This document shows, in pieces, positions 39,894 to 51,425 of a stretch of DNA of 64,000 nt. Under the pieces are notes generated by a model, which saw only the letters and a program-made list of their open reading frames with translations, was not told where the DNA came from and ran no database searches. The position numbers and the translations under genes are program-made. The stretch covers positions 267,765-331,764 of the forward strand of contig KB900461.1 in NCBI GenBank assembly GCA_000378885.1. The letters run 5' to 3'. Numbering within the stretch: position 1 is the stretch's first letter; the number at the start of each line of letters is the position of its first letter. This DNA comes from an actinobacterium SCGC AAA044-N04. Its GTDB lineage: Bacteria; Actinomycetota; Actinomycetes; Nanopelagicales; Nanopelagicaceae.

Positions 39894-41436
39894 TGATCGC
39901 GGCGTACTTGTAGTCGATTTTGGGGCGCAGTATGCCCAGCTGATTGCCCGTCGAGTTCGTGAAGCTAATGTTTATAGTGAAATCGTTCCGTCAACAATTA
40001 CGGCAGCACAAGTGCGCGAGAAGAATCCTTCGGCCATTATTTTATCTGGCGGGCCTTCAAGTGTTTACGCCGAAAATGCACCGCAATTTGATTCGGCAAT
40101 TCTTAAGTTAGGGATTCCAGTTTTTGGAATTTGTTACGGATTTCAAGTAATGGCCGCAGCCCTTGGCGGTGTTGTGAGTCAAACGGGTAAGTCAGAATTT
40201 GGCCGCACAGACATTGACGCCAAATCCAATTCAAAGATTTTTAGCGGCTTGCCTGCCCAGCAAAAAGTATGGATGTCGCATGGGGATGCAGTAACTACCG
40301 CACCTGCAGGATTTAGCATATGTGCCGTTACTGCAGACACACCCATCGCAGCTTTTGAAGATGCAACAGGGCAAATGGCTGGAGTTCAATTTCACCCAGA
40401 GGTTTTGCATAGTGAACATGGCCAAGCGATATTGCGTAATTGGTTAATTAATACTGCAAAATGCGATGCAACTTGGACTACTGGAAACATTGCACAGACT
40501 GAAGTAGCTAAAGCTAAGCAAGTTATTGGTGACAAAAGAGTCATTTGTGGTTTATCTGGTGGAGTAGATTCGGCCGTTGCTGCAGCGATCATCCAAAAAG
40601 CAGTCGGCAAGCAGTTAACGTGTGTATTCGTTGATCATGGCCTATTGCGTAAAGGTGAAGCTGAGCAAGTAGAGCGCGATTTTGTTGCTTCAACAGGAGT
40701 TCAGTTAGTAGTTGTTGATGCAAAGAGGCAGTTTTTGGATGCACTCAAAGGCACAACTGATCCTGAAGAGAAGCGAAAGATCATTGGCCGTGAGTTCATC
40801 CGATCTTTTGAGGCAGCAGCGCGAGATATCGCAGCCGGTGGAGATGTTGAATTCTTAGTACAGGGCACGTTGTATCCAGATGTTGTTGAATCTGGTGGTG
40901 GCACAGGAACTGCCAATATCAAATCCCATCACAATGTTGGTGGATTGCCAGATGATTTGAAATTCACTTTAGTTGAACCACTTCGAACCCTCTTTAAAGA
41001 TGAAGTTCGACAAGTGGGCCTTGAACTAGGCTTGCCTGAAGAAATTGTCTGGCGCCAACCTTTCCCAGGCCCAGGTCTTGGAATTCGCATCGTTGGAGAA
41101 GTAACACAAGAACGTCTAGATTTATTGCGCGAAGCCGATGCAATTGCCCGCTTTGAGTTAAAGGCTGCTGGTCTTGATCGCGATATTTGGCAGTGTCCAG
41201 TTGTGCTTTTGGCAGATGTGCGAAGTGTTGGCGTGCAGGGAGATGGTCGAACATATGGGCATCCAATTGTGTTGCGTCCGGTGTCTAGTGAAGATGCAAT
41301 GACTGCTGATTGGTCTCGCGTACCATATGAAGTTCTTGAAAAGATTTCGACTCGTATTACAAACGAAGTTCGTGAAGTTAATAGAGTCGTATTGGATGTG
41401 ACAAGTAAGCCGCCGGGAACGATTGAATGGGAATAA
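39886..41436 (+). CDS. guaA: GMP synthase (glutamine-hydrolyzing)
   Basis: DFGAQY, GICYG, QFHPE, SGGVDS and KPPGTIEWE motifs. Confidence 0.98.
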
Positions 41437-41438
41437 TA

Positions 41439-42071
41439 ATGAAGAGACTAATTGCACTAATGAGCATTCTTGCTGTTTCAATGGCCATGATTGCGCCTGC
41501 GCAAGCTGCAACTAAGGTCAAGTGCACTTCTACCAAGGCTGTGGGACATACACCAAAAAGTGTTACACCTCTTCAAAAGCCTCTAACCAAACTGGCTAAA
41601 ACATTTACATTAACTACTAACTGTGGCGTCATTACTATTCAAACGGTTGGAAATAAAGCTCCATGGACACTTACCGAGCTAGCAACCTTGGCTAAGGGAA
41701 ATTACTTTGATAACTCGCTTTGCCACCGCTTAACTACTGCTGGGATCTTTGTACTTCAATGTGGAGATCCAACAGCAACTGGAACAGGTGGACCTGGTTT
41801 TCAGTATCCAGATGAGAACCTTCCTGCCAATGCACTCAACAATTACCCAGCGGGAACAGTGGCTATGGCTAACTCCGGGCCTGGCACCAATGGCTCACAA
41901 TTCTTTCTTGTCTATGCAGATACAACCCTTGGTCCGGATTACACAATTTGGGGAAAAATCACCAAAGGATTAGATATTGTGCAGGCAATTGCAAAAGCTG
42001 GTGTTAAAGGTGGAGGCGCTGATGGCACACCATCACAAACTATTGCTTTGTTAAAAGTAACTACGAGTTAA
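41439..42071 (+). CDS. Secreted cyclophilin-type peptidyl-prolyl isomerase
   Basis: Signal peptide; CHRL, LQCGDP and AMANSGPGTNGSQFF motifs. Confidence 0.92.
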   Translation: MKRLIALMSILAVSMAMIAPAQAATKVKCTSTKAVGHTPKSVTPLQKPLTKLAKTFTLTTNCGVITIQTVGNKAPWTLTELATLAKGNYFDNSLCHRLTTAGIFVLQCGDPTATGTGGPGFQYPDENLPANALNNYPAGTVAMANSGPGTNGSQFFLVYADTTLGPDYTIWGKITKGLDIVQAIAKAGVKGGGADGTPSQTIALLKVTTS

Positions 42072-42793
42072 TTCGTATTAACTATTTTAAAAGCTTCAGC
42101 GATACGTCCTTCAGGCAATCCGCCCATTCCTGCATTTCGCTGACCCCACTCACGAACCATATTTTCTAATTCTGGGTTGTGAGCTGTTTGTGATGCATGC
42201 GCATGTAATGCCTTCATCTTCAAATCAAATGTATCTGTGATATCTACGAAGTGATCTGGGTGCGCATAGGCACTTACCCAGACTTCTTTTACTCGCCAAG
42301 GATGTAAACCTTCTTGATCAAGTAAATCTGTAAATGCAAATGGATTTCGAGCATCTGGATAGACAGCTTGAATGGCAGCTTCACCTGCTGCTAAATGATC
42401 TGGATGACTTGCACCAATGCGATCCCAGTTTCTTTCAGGACTTTGACAAACCATTCGATCTGGTTGTGATTTTCGAATCTGACGAACTAAATCTTTTCTC
42501 AGACCAATCGTTGCCTCAAGATGCCCATCAACGTAATTAAGAAAAGTAATATCGGTAACGCCAATGGCTGCACCAGCTGCGCGTTGTTCACGTTGGCGAA
42601 TTGCGGGCATCTCCTCTTTTGTGAAACCAGATTCTTCGCCACCTTGATCGCCATTAGTGCAAAAAACATAGGCAACTTCAATGCCCTTCTTCACCCACTG
42701 GGCAATGGTTCCTGATGCTCCAAAATCTGAATCATCTGGGTGGGCACTAACGACCAAGACGCGCTTGATCTCACTATCGGCAATGGGTTCCAT
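42068..42793 (-). CDS. PIG-L family deacetylase
   Basis: AHPDD, HPDH and AHASQ motifs. Confidence 0.9.
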   Translation of the reverse strand: MEPIADSEIKRVLVVSAHPDDSDFGASGTIAQWVKKGIEVAYVFCTNGDQGGEESGFTKEEMPAIRQREQRAAGAAIGVTDITFLNYVDGHLEATIGLRKDLVRQIRKSQPDRMVCQSPERNWDRIGASHPDHLAAGEAAIQAVYPDARNPFAFTDLLDQEGLHPWRVKEVWVSAYAHPDHFVDITDTFDLKMKALHAHASQTAHNPELENMVREWGQRNAGMGGLPEGRIAEAFKIVNTN

Positions 42794-42820
42794 GTCGCTT
42801 AGCCTAATAGACTCACCACC
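42794..42820. promoter_or_regulatory. Bidirectional leaderless promoter (deacetylase/pcrA)
   Basis: AGCCTA-A-TAGACT, 7 nt to the ATG on each side. Confidence 0.7.
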
Positions 42821-45061
42821 ATGACGAGTACTGATCCGCTGCTAGCTGGGCTCAACCCTCAGCAAGCAGAAGCAGTCACTCATGCAGGTGGCCCATTACT
42901 TGTTGTGGCTGGTGCTGGTTCAGGTAAAACTCGTGTTTTAACGCGTCGAATCGCATATTTAATGTCTAGACGCAACGTTGCGCCGTATCAGATTCTTGCA
43001 ATTACTTTCACCAATAAAGCAGCCGGAGAAATGAAAGAGCGGGTTGCTGAATTGGTAGGACCCATTGCAAAATCAATGTGGGTCTCCACATTTCACTCAG
43101 CTTGCGTTCGCATCTTGCGCCAAGAGGCGATGCGCCTTGGCTATAGCAATTCATTCTCAATTTATGACTCAGCAGATTCACTTCGCCTCATCACAATTGT
43201 TGCTAAAGAACTCAACTTAGATACCAAGCGTTATCCAGCACGCCAGTTTCAAGCAATGATTTCTAATGCCAAAAACGAACTCCTAGGACCACAAGATTAC
43301 ATAAACGCTGCAAGCAATCAATTTGAACAAGTAGTTGCTGATGTTTATACGATTTATCAACAACGTTTACAGCGTGCGAATGCAATGGATTTCGATGACT
43401 TGATTCTAAAAACAGTTGAAGTACTACAGCGATACCCAGAGGCAAAGGCGCGCTTTAGATCACGCTTTCGCCATGTGTTGGTAGATGAGTATCAGGACAC
43501 AAATCATGCCCAATACATATTGGTTAAAGAGCTAGTTGGCACAGAAGCCGAAGGTATTCCATTAGCCGAGCTATGTGTTGTGGGGGATGCTGACCAAAGT
43601 ATCTATGGTTTTCGCGGTGCCACGATTCGTAATATCTTGCAATTTGAACTTGATTACCCAAATGCCACAACAGTATTGCTTGAACAAAACTATCGTTCCA
43701 CTCAAAACATCCTAAATGCAGCTAATGCAGTAATTACTCGCAATGAAAGCCGCAAAGAAAAGAATTTGTGGTCAGATGCCGGATCTGGCGCACCTCTTGT
43801 CGGCTATGTGGCCGAGAGTGAACATGATGAAGCAGTTTTTATTGCTGATGAAATTCGTCAGCTGCAGAAGGAATCAAAATCGCAACCCGGGGATACTGCA
43901 ATCTTCTATAGAACTAATGCCCAGTCACGTGTTTTTGAAGAAGTATTCATGCGAAATGCCCTTCCCTATAAGGTCGTTGGCGGTTTGCGCTTCTATGAGC
44001 GCCGAGAAGTCAAAGACTTGCTTGCCTATTTGCGCGTCTTGGCCAACCTAGAAGATGAGATTTCTCTGCGCCGTATTATCAATGTTCCAAAGCGTGGAAT
44101 TGGTGATACATCTTTAGATTATGTAGATGCATTTGCAAACGCGAACTCCATTTCATTTTGGCAAGGTTTGCTTCGTTGCGCAGAAGCTCCAGGATTACCC
44201 TCACGTGCTGCGCAAGCGATTAATGATTTGACCTCCATGATTAGCGCCTTAAATGTCTTAGTTGAGGCTAAAACCAGACCATCAGTCATTGTTGAAGCAG
44301 CCCTTGAACAATCTGGGTTGCTAAAAGAATTAGCCGATAGCGTTGATCCACAAGATGAAGTGCGAGTTGAAAACTTAAAGGAATTAGTCGCAGTTTCAAT
44401 GGAATATGAAGAGCGACCAATTGAGGAATTAGGCGAAGATGAAGAAATCTCATTAGCTGGTTTTCTAGAAAAGGTTTCTTTGGTTGCTGATGCTGATGAG
44501 ATTCCAGAAGGTGAAGACCATGGCGGTGTTGTAACAATGATGACTTTACATACTGCTAAAGGTCTTGAGTTCCCAACTGTTTTTCTAACTGGAATGGAAG
44601 ATGGAATATTTCCTCATTCACGAACACTTGGTGAAAAAGATGAGATTGAAGAAGAGCGCCGGCTTGCCTATGTTGGTTTAACTCGTGCACGTCAACGTTT
44701 GTATATTTCACGTGCTGAATATCGTTCAACTTGGGGTGCACCAAATTACAATCCACCTTCACGTTTTCTAGATGAAATTCCAGAAGATGTCATTGAGTGG
44801 CGCAATCAAGGTGGTGTATCTTTAACTCCATCGCTAGTGCGCAAATCACGTGTGGCAACTGCTCCACCACCGCGAGCAACAGGCAAGAAGATTTCTGTAA
44901 TGGAGCTGCAAATTGGCGATCGTGTGTCACATGACACATTTGGATTGGGCTCTGTTGTTGCAGTTGCAGGCGAGGCAGAAAAGGCTGAAGCCACAATTAA
45001 CTTTGGCCAGTACGGAGAGAAGCGATTACTACTGCGCTATGCACCCGTTGAGAAGCTCTAG
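42821..45061 (+). CDS. pcrA: DNA helicase PcrA/UvrD1
   Basis: AGAGSGKT, DEYQDTN, QNYRST, HTAKGLEF motifs and C-terminal Tudor-like domain. Confidence 0.96.
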   Translation: MTSTDPLLAGLNPQQAEAVTHAGGPLLVVAGAGSGKTRVLTRRIAYLMSRRNVAPYQILAITFTNKAAGEMKERVAELVGPIAKSMWVSTFHSACVRILRQEAMRLGYSNSFSIYDSADSLRLITIVAKELNLDTKRYPARQFQAMISNAKNELLGPQDYINAASNQFEQVVADVYTIYQQRLQRANAMDFDDLILKTVEVLQRYPEAKARFRSRFRHVLVDEYQDTNHAQYILVKELVGTEAEGIPLAELCVVGDADQSIYGFRGATIRNILQFELDYPNATTVLLEQNYRSTQNILNAANAVITRNESRKEKNLWSDAGSGAPLVGYVAESEHDEAVFIADEIRQLQKESKSQPGDTAIFYRTNAQSRVFEEVFMRNALPYKVVGGLRFYERREVKDLLAYLRVLANLEDEISLRRIINVPKRGIGDTSLDYVDAFANANSISFWQGLLRCAEAPGLPSRAAQAINDLTSMISALNVLVEAKTRPSVIVEAALEQSGLLKELADSVDPQDEVRVENLKELVAVSMEYEERPIEELGEDEEISLAGFLEKVSLVADADEIPEGEDHGGVVTMMTLHTAKGLEFPTVFLTGMEDGIFPHSRTLGEKDEIEEERRLAYVGLTRARQRLYISRAEYRSTWGAPNYNPPSRFLDEIPEDVIEWRNQGGVSLTPSLVRKSRVATAPPPRATGKKISVMELQIGDRVSHDTFGLGSVVAVAGEAEKAEATINFGQYGEKRLLLRYAPVEKL

Positions 45062-45092
45062 GATTAGGGCCTAATTAGGATGTGGAGCACCA

Positions 45093-46256
45093 GTGGATCT
45101 CTTTGAATATCAAGCTCGCGATCTCTTTGAAAAACATGGCGTACCTGTTTTGGCAGCTGCAATTGCAACAACTGCAGACGAAGCAGAAGCTGCCGCTACA
45201 AAGATCGGTGGCAAAGTAGTTGTTAAGGCCCAAGTAAAAGTTGGTGGCCGAGGAAAAGCAGGCGGCGTAAAGCTTGCAGAGAACCCAACAGATGCTCGTG
45301 AAAAAGCTGGCGCAATTCTTGGAATGGACATCAAAGGTCATGTAGCTCGCACAGTAATGATTGCTGCGGCTGCCCCAATTGAATCTGAATACTACTTAGC
45401 AATTTTGCTTGATCGTTCTAACCGCACATTTCTAGTTATGGCATCAGTATCTGGTGGAATGGATATTGAAGAAGTAGCGCACACTGCTCCTGAAAAGCTA
45501 GCAAAGATCCCAGTATCTGCAGTTGATGGAATTAGCGCAGCTAAGGCTAAAGAAATTATTAGTGCAGCAAATTTCCCAGCAGATGTTGCCGATCAAGTTG
45601 CCAACGTCCTTGTGAAATTGTGGGAAGTCTTCCAGTCAGAAGATGCAACTTTGGTTGAAGTTAACCCATTAGTTAAAACTAAAGATGGCAAAGTTATTGC
45701 ACTCGATGGCAAAGTAACTCTTGATGACAATGCAGATTTTCGTCAACCAGATCATGAAGCACTCATAGATCAAGCCGCTGAAAATCCACTAGAAGCAGCA
45801 GCTAAGGAAAAAGGTCTTAACTACGTCAAGCTAGATGGCGAAGTTGGAATCATTGGTAATGGTGCTGGTTTGGTCATGAGCACACTAGATGTTGTTGCTT
45901 ATGCTGGTGAAAAGCATGGCGGAGTCCGCCCAGCCAACTTCCTTGATATTGGTGGCGGTGCATCAGCACAAGTAATGGCTGACGGACTTTCAATCATTTT
46001 GGGTGATAAAGACGTAAAGAGCGTTTTTGTAAATGTATTCGGTGGAATCACTGCGTGTGACGCCGTGGCCACAGGAATCGTTCAAGCCCTTGAATTACTT
46101 GGTTCTAAGGCCACAAAGCCAATCGTTGTTCGCCTTGATGGCAATAACGTGATGGAAGGCCGAGCAATTTTGAATAAAGCAGCACACCCATTGGTGCAGC
46201 AGCTCGACACAATGGATGGCGCAGCTGATCGTGCTGCAGAATTGGCGGCTAAGTAA
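45093..46256 (+). CDS. sucC: Succinyl-CoA ligase beta subunit
   Basis: [23 protein letters not shown] and [10 protein letters not shown] motifs. Confidence 0.98.
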   Translation: MDLFEYQARDLFEKHGVPVLAAAIATTADEAEAAATKIGGKVVVKAQVKVGGRGKAGGVKLAENPTDAREKAGAILGMDIKGHVARTVMIAAAAPIESEYYLAILLDRSNRTFLVMASVSGGMDIEEVAHTAPEKLAKIPVSAVDGISAAKAKEIISAANFPADVADQVANVLVKLWEVFQSEDATLVEVNPLVKTKDGKVIALDGKVTLDDNADFRQPDHEALIDQAAENPLEAAAKEKGLNYVKLDGEVGIIGNGAGLVMSTLDVVAYAGEKHGGVRPANFLDIGGGASAQVMADGLSIILGDKDVKSVFVNVFGGITACDAVATGIVQALELLGSKATKPIVVRLDGNNVMEGRAILNKAAHPLVQQLDTMDGAADRAAELAAK

Positions 46257-47138
46257 ATGTCTATTTTCTTAAATGAGAACACCAAGGTAATTGTTCAGGG
46301 CATGACTGGTTCTGAAGGAACTAAGCACACTCGCCGTATGTTGGCATCTGGCACAAAGATTGTTGGCGGAGTTACACCTGGTAAAGGTGGACAGGTTGTC
46401 GATATTGATGGCCATCAACTTCCAGTCTTTAATACAGTTGCCGAAGCAATGAGTGCAACTGGTGCTAATGCCTCAGTAGTTTTTGTTCCACCTAAGTTTG
46501 CTAAAGCTGCAGTTATCGATGCCATTGATGCTGCGATGCCTTTAGTTGTTGTTATTACTGAAGGAATCCCAGTTCATGACTCTGCTAGTTTCTACGCTTA
46601 TTCACTTACTAAGGGCACAACTCGCATTATTGGACCAAACTGCCCTGGCTTAATTAGCCCAGGAAAATCTAATATTGGAATTATTCCAGCAGATATCACC
46701 GGTGCAGGCCCAATTGGTTTGGTTTCAAAATCAGGAACTCTTACATATCAAATGATGTATGAACTAAGAGATATTGGATTTAGTACAGCAGTAGGTATCG
46801 GTGGAGATCCAGTTATTGGAACTACGCATATTGATTGCCTTCGTGCTTTCCAAGATGACCCTGACACACAAGCAATTGTGATGATTGGTGAAATCGGTGG
46901 TGATGCTGAAGAGCGCGCAGCTGCATTTATCGCCGAGTATGTAACTAAGCCAGTTGTTGGTTACGTCGCAGGCTTTACAGCACCTGAAGGAAAAACGATG
47001 GGTCATGCTGGTGCGATTGTTTCTGGATCTTCAGGAACTGCTCAAGGAAAGAAAGATGCCCTTGAAGCAGCTGGTGTGAAAGTTGGCCAAACTCCAAGTG
47101 AAACCGCGCGTTTATTGCGCGCGATACTAGGCCGCTAA
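46257..47138 (+). CDS. sucD: Succinyl-CoA ligase alpha subunit
   Basis: [14 protein letters not shown] and MGHAGA motifs. Confidence 0.98.
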   Translation: MSIFLNENTKVIVQGMTGSEGTKHTRRMLASGTKIVGGVTPGKGGQVVDIDGHQLPVFNTVAEAMSATGANASVVFVPPKFAKAAVIDAIDAAMPLVVVITEGIPVHDSASFYAYSLTKGTTRIIGPNCPGLISPGKSNIGIIPADITGAGPIGLVSKSGTLTYQMMYELRDIGFSTAVGIGGDPVIGTTHIDCLRAFQDDPDTQAIVMIGEIGGDAEERAAAFIAEYVTKPVVGYVAGFTAPEGKTMGHAGAIVSGSSGTAQGKKDALEAAGVKVGQTPSETARLLRAILGR

Positions 47139-47142
47139 GACC

Positions 47143-48219
47143 ATGTTTGGCCGCGTACTTGGAACCACTGTGGTCCAAGTCGCGCGCAGTATTGCCTTTG
47201 TTCTATTCCCAATATCTTTCATTGCCCTTCTTGCTTGGGCAACTGCTGGAAGTGCAACTGGAAATACAGGAGATCCGCTGCGCGCAGCGCTATGGATATG
47301 GCTGGGTGCACACCAGGTTCCATTTTCTTTAGCGCTACCACCAGCAAATATCGCTGGATATCTTTCCTACTTGCCTTTAGGTGCAATAGTTCTACCAATT
47401 TTTGCTATAAGAAGTGGAATTAATCGAGTCATAGATCGCTTAGATAATGACACTTCATTATTGCCATTAGCACGCCTTCTTTTTGCCATTGAGTACAGCG
47501 TTGCGGCAATGCTTCTTTCTTATTTTTCATCAACACAATCGGTTAAGCCAGTTTGGTATTTGGCACCGGTTTTTGTCTTTCCACTAGTACTAGTCACTGC
47601 TGCAACAGTTGGGCGCCGTCTGGTTTTTGGTCAGGCAGTTTTATATGGTTCCAGAGCTTTAGCGCTATTACTCGGTATTTCTTCAATCATTTTAGGCATT
47701 TCAATTTTCACTCATTTCTCAACAGTTAAGAACCTCACTACGGTTTTAGAGCCTGGAATATTAGGTGGGCTGTTATTACTTCTTCTTAACATTCTCTACA
47801 TTCCAAATGCTGTAGTAGCCACTTTAGGTTATTTTTCTGGTGCTGGCTTTGCCGTGGGATCTGGAACGATGGTTGCGCCATGGAAGTTGGACCTTAATTC
47901 GATTCCAGCTTTTCCTTTGCTCGGTGCGTTGCCAACAGGTAAGTCACTTTTTGCACTCTTTGGAATCGTGATAGTAATTCTGACGGGAGCGCTGTTGGCT
48001 AGTTGGACAATTGATTTGAATATGAAAATCTTGGTTCAGAGTTTGGTTGTTAGTGCGCTTATGTGTGTAGTGATTGGAATTGCTGGAAGCGGTGCTCTTT
48101 TAACTGATGCGATGTCTGCAGTTGGCGTTTCACCATGGAAATTCACTCTGACATTGGTTGCTGAACTATCTCTGGGTGCATTTCTGGCCCTATATTTGCC
48201 TCGTCTTGGAAGGCGCTAA
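47143..48219 (+). CDS. PerM/DUF6350-like membrane protein
   Basis: Multi-TM protein with WLGAH, YIPN..GFAVG motifs; sucD-X-purN synteny. Confidence 0.75.
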   Translation: MFGRVLGTTVVQVARSIAFVLFPISFIALLAWATAGSATGNTGDPLRAALWIWLGAHQVPFSLALPPANIAGYLSYLPLGAIVLPIFAIRSGINRVIDRLDNDTSLLPLARLLFAIEYSVAAMLLSYFSSTQSVKPVWYLAPVFVFPLVLVTAATVGRRLVFGQAVLYGSRALALLLGISSIILGISIFTHFSTVKNLTTVLEPGILGGLLLLLLNILYIPNAVVATLGYFSGAGFAVGSGTMVAPWKLDLNSIPAFPLLGALPTGKSLFALFGIVIVILTGALLASWTIDLNMKILVQSLVVSALMCVVIGIAGSGALLTDAMSAVGVSPWKFTLTLVAELSLGAFLALYLPRLGRR

Positions 48220-48782
48220 TGGCTGCTCGCGTTGTGTTGTTGGCATCAGGTTCAGGAACTCTTGCCCAAGCAATAATTGATGCAGAAGAACTTGATATTG
48301 AAATTGTTGCACTTATTAGCGATAACCCAGATTCGAAAGCTTTAACACGGGCCAAGGAATCTAATATCCAGACCTTTGTCCTACCTATGAAGCCTTCGCG
48401 CGATGAGTGGAACCAAGGAATAATTCAAACCGTAGTTTCACTCTCAGTCGATCTGGTTGTAAGCGCCGGCTTTATGCGAATTCTGCCCCCAGATTTTGTG
48501 AATCGCTTTCCAACTATCAATTCTCACCCAGCTCTTCTGCCACAGTTTCCCGGTGCGCATGCTGTTCGTGATGCACTGGCTGCCGGAGTATCAATAACTG
48601 GCACCACGGTTCATTGGGTTGATGACGGCGTTGATACAGGCCCAATCATTACTCAGATGGAAGTACCAGTGCTGCCAGGAGATGATGAGGCCACACTTCA
48701 TGAGAGAATTAAGAAAGTTGAACGCGGTCTCATTGTTGCGACCATCGCCCTGATTATTCCAACTTTGGAGCGCAATGTCTGA
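48219..48782 (+). CDS. purN: Phosphoribosylglycinamide formyltransferase
   Basis: SGSGT, AGFMRIL, NSHPALLP and GVDTGPII motifs. Confidence 0.96.
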   Translation: MAARVVLLASGSGTLAQAIIDAEELDIEIVALISDNPDSKALTRAKESNIQTFVLPMKPSRDEWNQGIIQTVVSLSVDLVVSAGFMRILPPDFVNRFPTINSHPALLPQFPGAHAVRDALAAGVSITGTTVHWVDDGVDTGPIITQMEVPVLPGDDEATLHERIKKVERGLIVATIALIIPTLERNV

Positions 48783-50313
48783 TCGCAAATCTATAAGTCG
48801 AGCACTGGTCAGTGTCTATGACAAAGATCGCTTGCTTGAAATAGGAAATGCTTTAAGCGTTGCAGGTGTTGAGATTCTCTCAACTGGCTCAACAGCAAAA
48901 ACATTACAAGCCGCCGGTATTGCAGTGACAGAGGTAAGTGCGTACACGGGTTTTCCTGAGATTATGGGTGGGCGAGTAAAGACTTTGCATCCTCGCGTGC
49001 ACTCAGGAATCTTGGCCGATCAAAACAATCCAGAACATTTAGCTGCAATTAAAGATTTAGATATTCAACCATTTGATTTAGTGATCATTAATCTCTATCC
49101 CTTTGCTGCCACCATTGCATCGGGAGCTGACTTTGCTGAATGCATAGAACAAATTGATATTGGTGGTCCTTCCATGCTGCGAGGAGCTGCTAAAAACCAT
49201 GGTTCTGTTGCTGTTATTTGCAAGCCAGCACAATATGACCAGTTGCTCTCTGCAATCAAAGCCGGGGGATTCACCCAAGCAGAGCGCAAGCAGTTAGCAC
49301 TCGAGGTGTTTAGAACTACCGCTGAATACGATTTAACGATTGCTAATTGGCTGGGTCAAAATGATGAACTGCCTGAATGGTTTGGAAGAATTTGGCATCG
49401 TGAGAATGTTTTGCGCTATGGAGAGAATCCACATCAAAGCGCAGCTATCTATTCTGGTGGCCCTATTGGAATTGTGAATGCAGTTCAACTGCATGGAAAA
49501 GAAATGTCTTTTAATAACTACACCGATGCTGAATCTGCATGGCGTGCAGTGCTCGATCATCGTGATCCAGCGGTGGCAATTATGAAACACGCTAACCCTT
49601 GTGGCATTGCAGTGTGTGCTCTAGGTGTTGCAGTTGCTTATCAGCATGCCCATGAGTGCGATCCAGTTTCAGCCTTTGGCGGAGTCGTAGCGGCAAATCG
49701 TAAAGTGGATCTTGCAATGGCAACTCCGCTTTCAGATATTTTCACCGAAGTATTGATTGCCCCTGATTATGATCAGGATGCCCTAGAGCTACTAATGAAA
49801 AAGCCTTCAATTCGAATTCTTAAGTGTGCAATACCTACGGTTGCTCCACTTGAACTGCGTCCTGTATCAGGTGGAATACTTGTACAAGAGACTGATTTAA
49901 TTGATGCGCCAGGTGATTCACCAAGTAATTGGAAGCAAGTAAGTGGTGGCTCAGTTGATGAACAAAGTATGAAAGATCTAGAGTTTGCGTGGCGAAGTGT
50001 GAGAAGTGTAAAGAGCAATGCAATTTTGCTAGCCAAAAATACGGCATCTGTTGGAATAGGAATGGGTCAAGTAAACCGTGTTGATTCTGCGAAACTAGCA
50101 GTTGATAGAGCGGGTGAGAGAGTCAAAGGCTCCGTTGCTGCTAGTGATGCCTTCTTCCCATTTGCTGATGGGCTCCAGATTTTGATTGACGCTGGAGTGA
50201 TTGCAATAGTGCAACCAGGCGGAAGTGTTCGTGATGAAGAGGTAATTGCAGCGGCAAAAAAGGCCGGCATTGCGATGTTCTTCACAGGCGTACGCCATTT
50301 CTCTCACGCCTAA
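48775..50313 (+). CDS. purH: Bifunctional AICAR formyltransferase/IMP cyclohydrolase
   Basis: GRVKTLHP, IDIGGP, RYGENPHQ, KHANPCG and SDAFFPF motifs. Confidence 0.98.
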   Translation: MSDRKSISRALVSVYDKDRLLEIGNALSVAGVEILSTGSTAKTLQAAGIAVTEVSAYTGFPEIMGGRVKTLHPRVHSGILADQNNPEHLAAIKDLDIQPFDLVIINLYPFAATIASGADFAECIEQIDIGGPSMLRGAAKNHGSVAVICKPAQYDQLLSAIKAGGFTQAERKQLALEVFRTTAEYDLTIANWLGQNDELPEWFGRIWHRENVLRYGENPHQSAAIYSGGPIGIVNAVQLHGKEMSFNNYTDAESAWRAVLDHRDPAVAIMKHANPCGIAVCALGVAVAYQHAHECDPVSAFGGVVAANRKVDLAMATPLSDIFTEVLIAPDYDQDALELLMKKPSIRILKCAIPTVAPLELRPVSGGILVQETDLIDAPGDSPSNWKQVSGGSVDEQSMKDLEFAWRSVRSVKSNAILLAKNTASVGIGMGQVNRVDSAKLAVDRAGERVKGSVAASDAFFPFADGLQILIDAGVIAIVQPGGSVRDEEVIAAAKKAGIAMFFTGVRHFSHA

Positions 50314-50334
50314 GCGGCTATTAGGATGAGCGCT

Positions 50335-51174
50335 ATGAGCGCACAAATTCTGGATGGAAAAGCTTTAGCCGCAAAAATCAAAGGCGAGTTAGCTATTCGC
50401 GTTACAGAACTTAAATCGCGTGGAATTACTCGAGGTCTTGGAACAGTTCTAGTTGGTGATGATCCAGGATCACATTCATACGTTGGTGGAAAACATCGCG
50501 ACTGCCAAGAAATTGGAATTAATTCAATTCGTGTGGATCTACCAGAGAGTGCAAGTGAAGCCGATGTTTTGGCGGCGATCAAGGATTTGAATTCATCGCC
50601 TGAGTGCACCGGCTATATCGTGCAACTTCCACTTCCAAAAGGAATTAACACTCAAAGAGTTCTAGAAGCTATTGATCCATCAAAGGATGCTGATGGCTTG
50701 CACCCAATGAATTTAGGCCGTTTGGTTTCAGGTTATGACGCACCGCTACCTTGTACACCCCATGGAATTGTTGAACTCTTAACACACTACGGAATTAGTA
50801 CAAAAGGTGCCGAAGTAACTGTCATTGGTCGTGGATTAACTGTTGGCCGACCACTTGGATTATTGCTAACGCGCAAGCAAGAAAATGCCACAGTGACTTT
50901 GACGCATACTGGAACTAAAGATTTAACATTGCACACCAAAAATGCCGACATTATTGTTGCCGCAATTGGGCAGGCACATTTCCTTAAAGCCTCAATGATT
51001 AAGTCAGGCGCTGTTGTGATTGATGTTGGTATTTCACGTACTGATCAGGGATTACTTGGTGACGTTGATCCATCTGTTATGGATGTTGCTTCATGGGTTG
51101 CGCCAATGCCAGGTGGCGTTGGACCTATGACTAGAGCGATGTTAGTCAAGAATGTTGTTGATGCATGCGGATAA
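50335..51174 (+). CDS. folD: Methylenetetrahydrofolate dehydrogenase/cyclohydrolase
   Basis: VQLPLP, KDADG, PCTP and PGGVGPMT motifs; TAGGAT-N7-ATG favours the 50335 start. Confidence 0.96.
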   Translation: MSAQILDGKALAAKIKGELAIRVTELKSRGITRGLGTVLVGDDPGSHSYVGGKHRDCQEIGINSIRVDLPESASEADVLAAIKDLNSSPECTGYIVQLPLPKGINTQRVLEAIDPSKDADGLHPMNLGRLVSGYDAPLPCTPHGIVELLTHYGISTKGAEVTVIGRGLTVGRPLGLLLTRKQENATVTLTHTGTKDLTLHTKNADIIVAAIGQAHFLKASMIKSGAVVIDVGISRTDQGLLGDVDPSVMDVASWVAPMPGGVGPMTRAMLVKNVVDACG

Positions 51175-51392
51175 ATGATCGGTTTCTAACTCTTGCCAGC
51201 AATGTCGTAATCCTGATTGGAATTGCATTAGGCATATTTGGGATAGTGCGAGGTGCGTCACTATTTATTGCTGTTGGCACTGCAGGAATGGCAATAAAGG
51301 CTCGGCATCAACGTAAATTCGACTTCTATTTCCCACTTCTAATAGCTATAGCCCTCTTTGCTCTGGCAATTGCACTTCCTCGCGGACGGTAG
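51165..51392 (+). CDS. Small membrane protein (DUF3017-like position)
   Basis: Three hydrophobic segments, located between folD and mdh. Confidence 0.6.
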   Translation: MRINDRFLTLASNVVILIGIALGIFGIVRGASLFIAVGTAGMAIKARHQRKFDFYFPLLIAIALFALAIALPRGR

Positions 51393-51425
51393 AGTTGGCT
51401 TATTGTCGAATGTAAGGAGTACGCC

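Noticed and set aside
42793-42813. PafBC-like boxes at pcrA (TGTCGC-N9-TAGACT) and adnA (CGTCAG-N10-TTGAAT near 17755)
   Set aside because: Spacing or key bases deviate from consensus; biologically plausible but not supportable from sequence alone.
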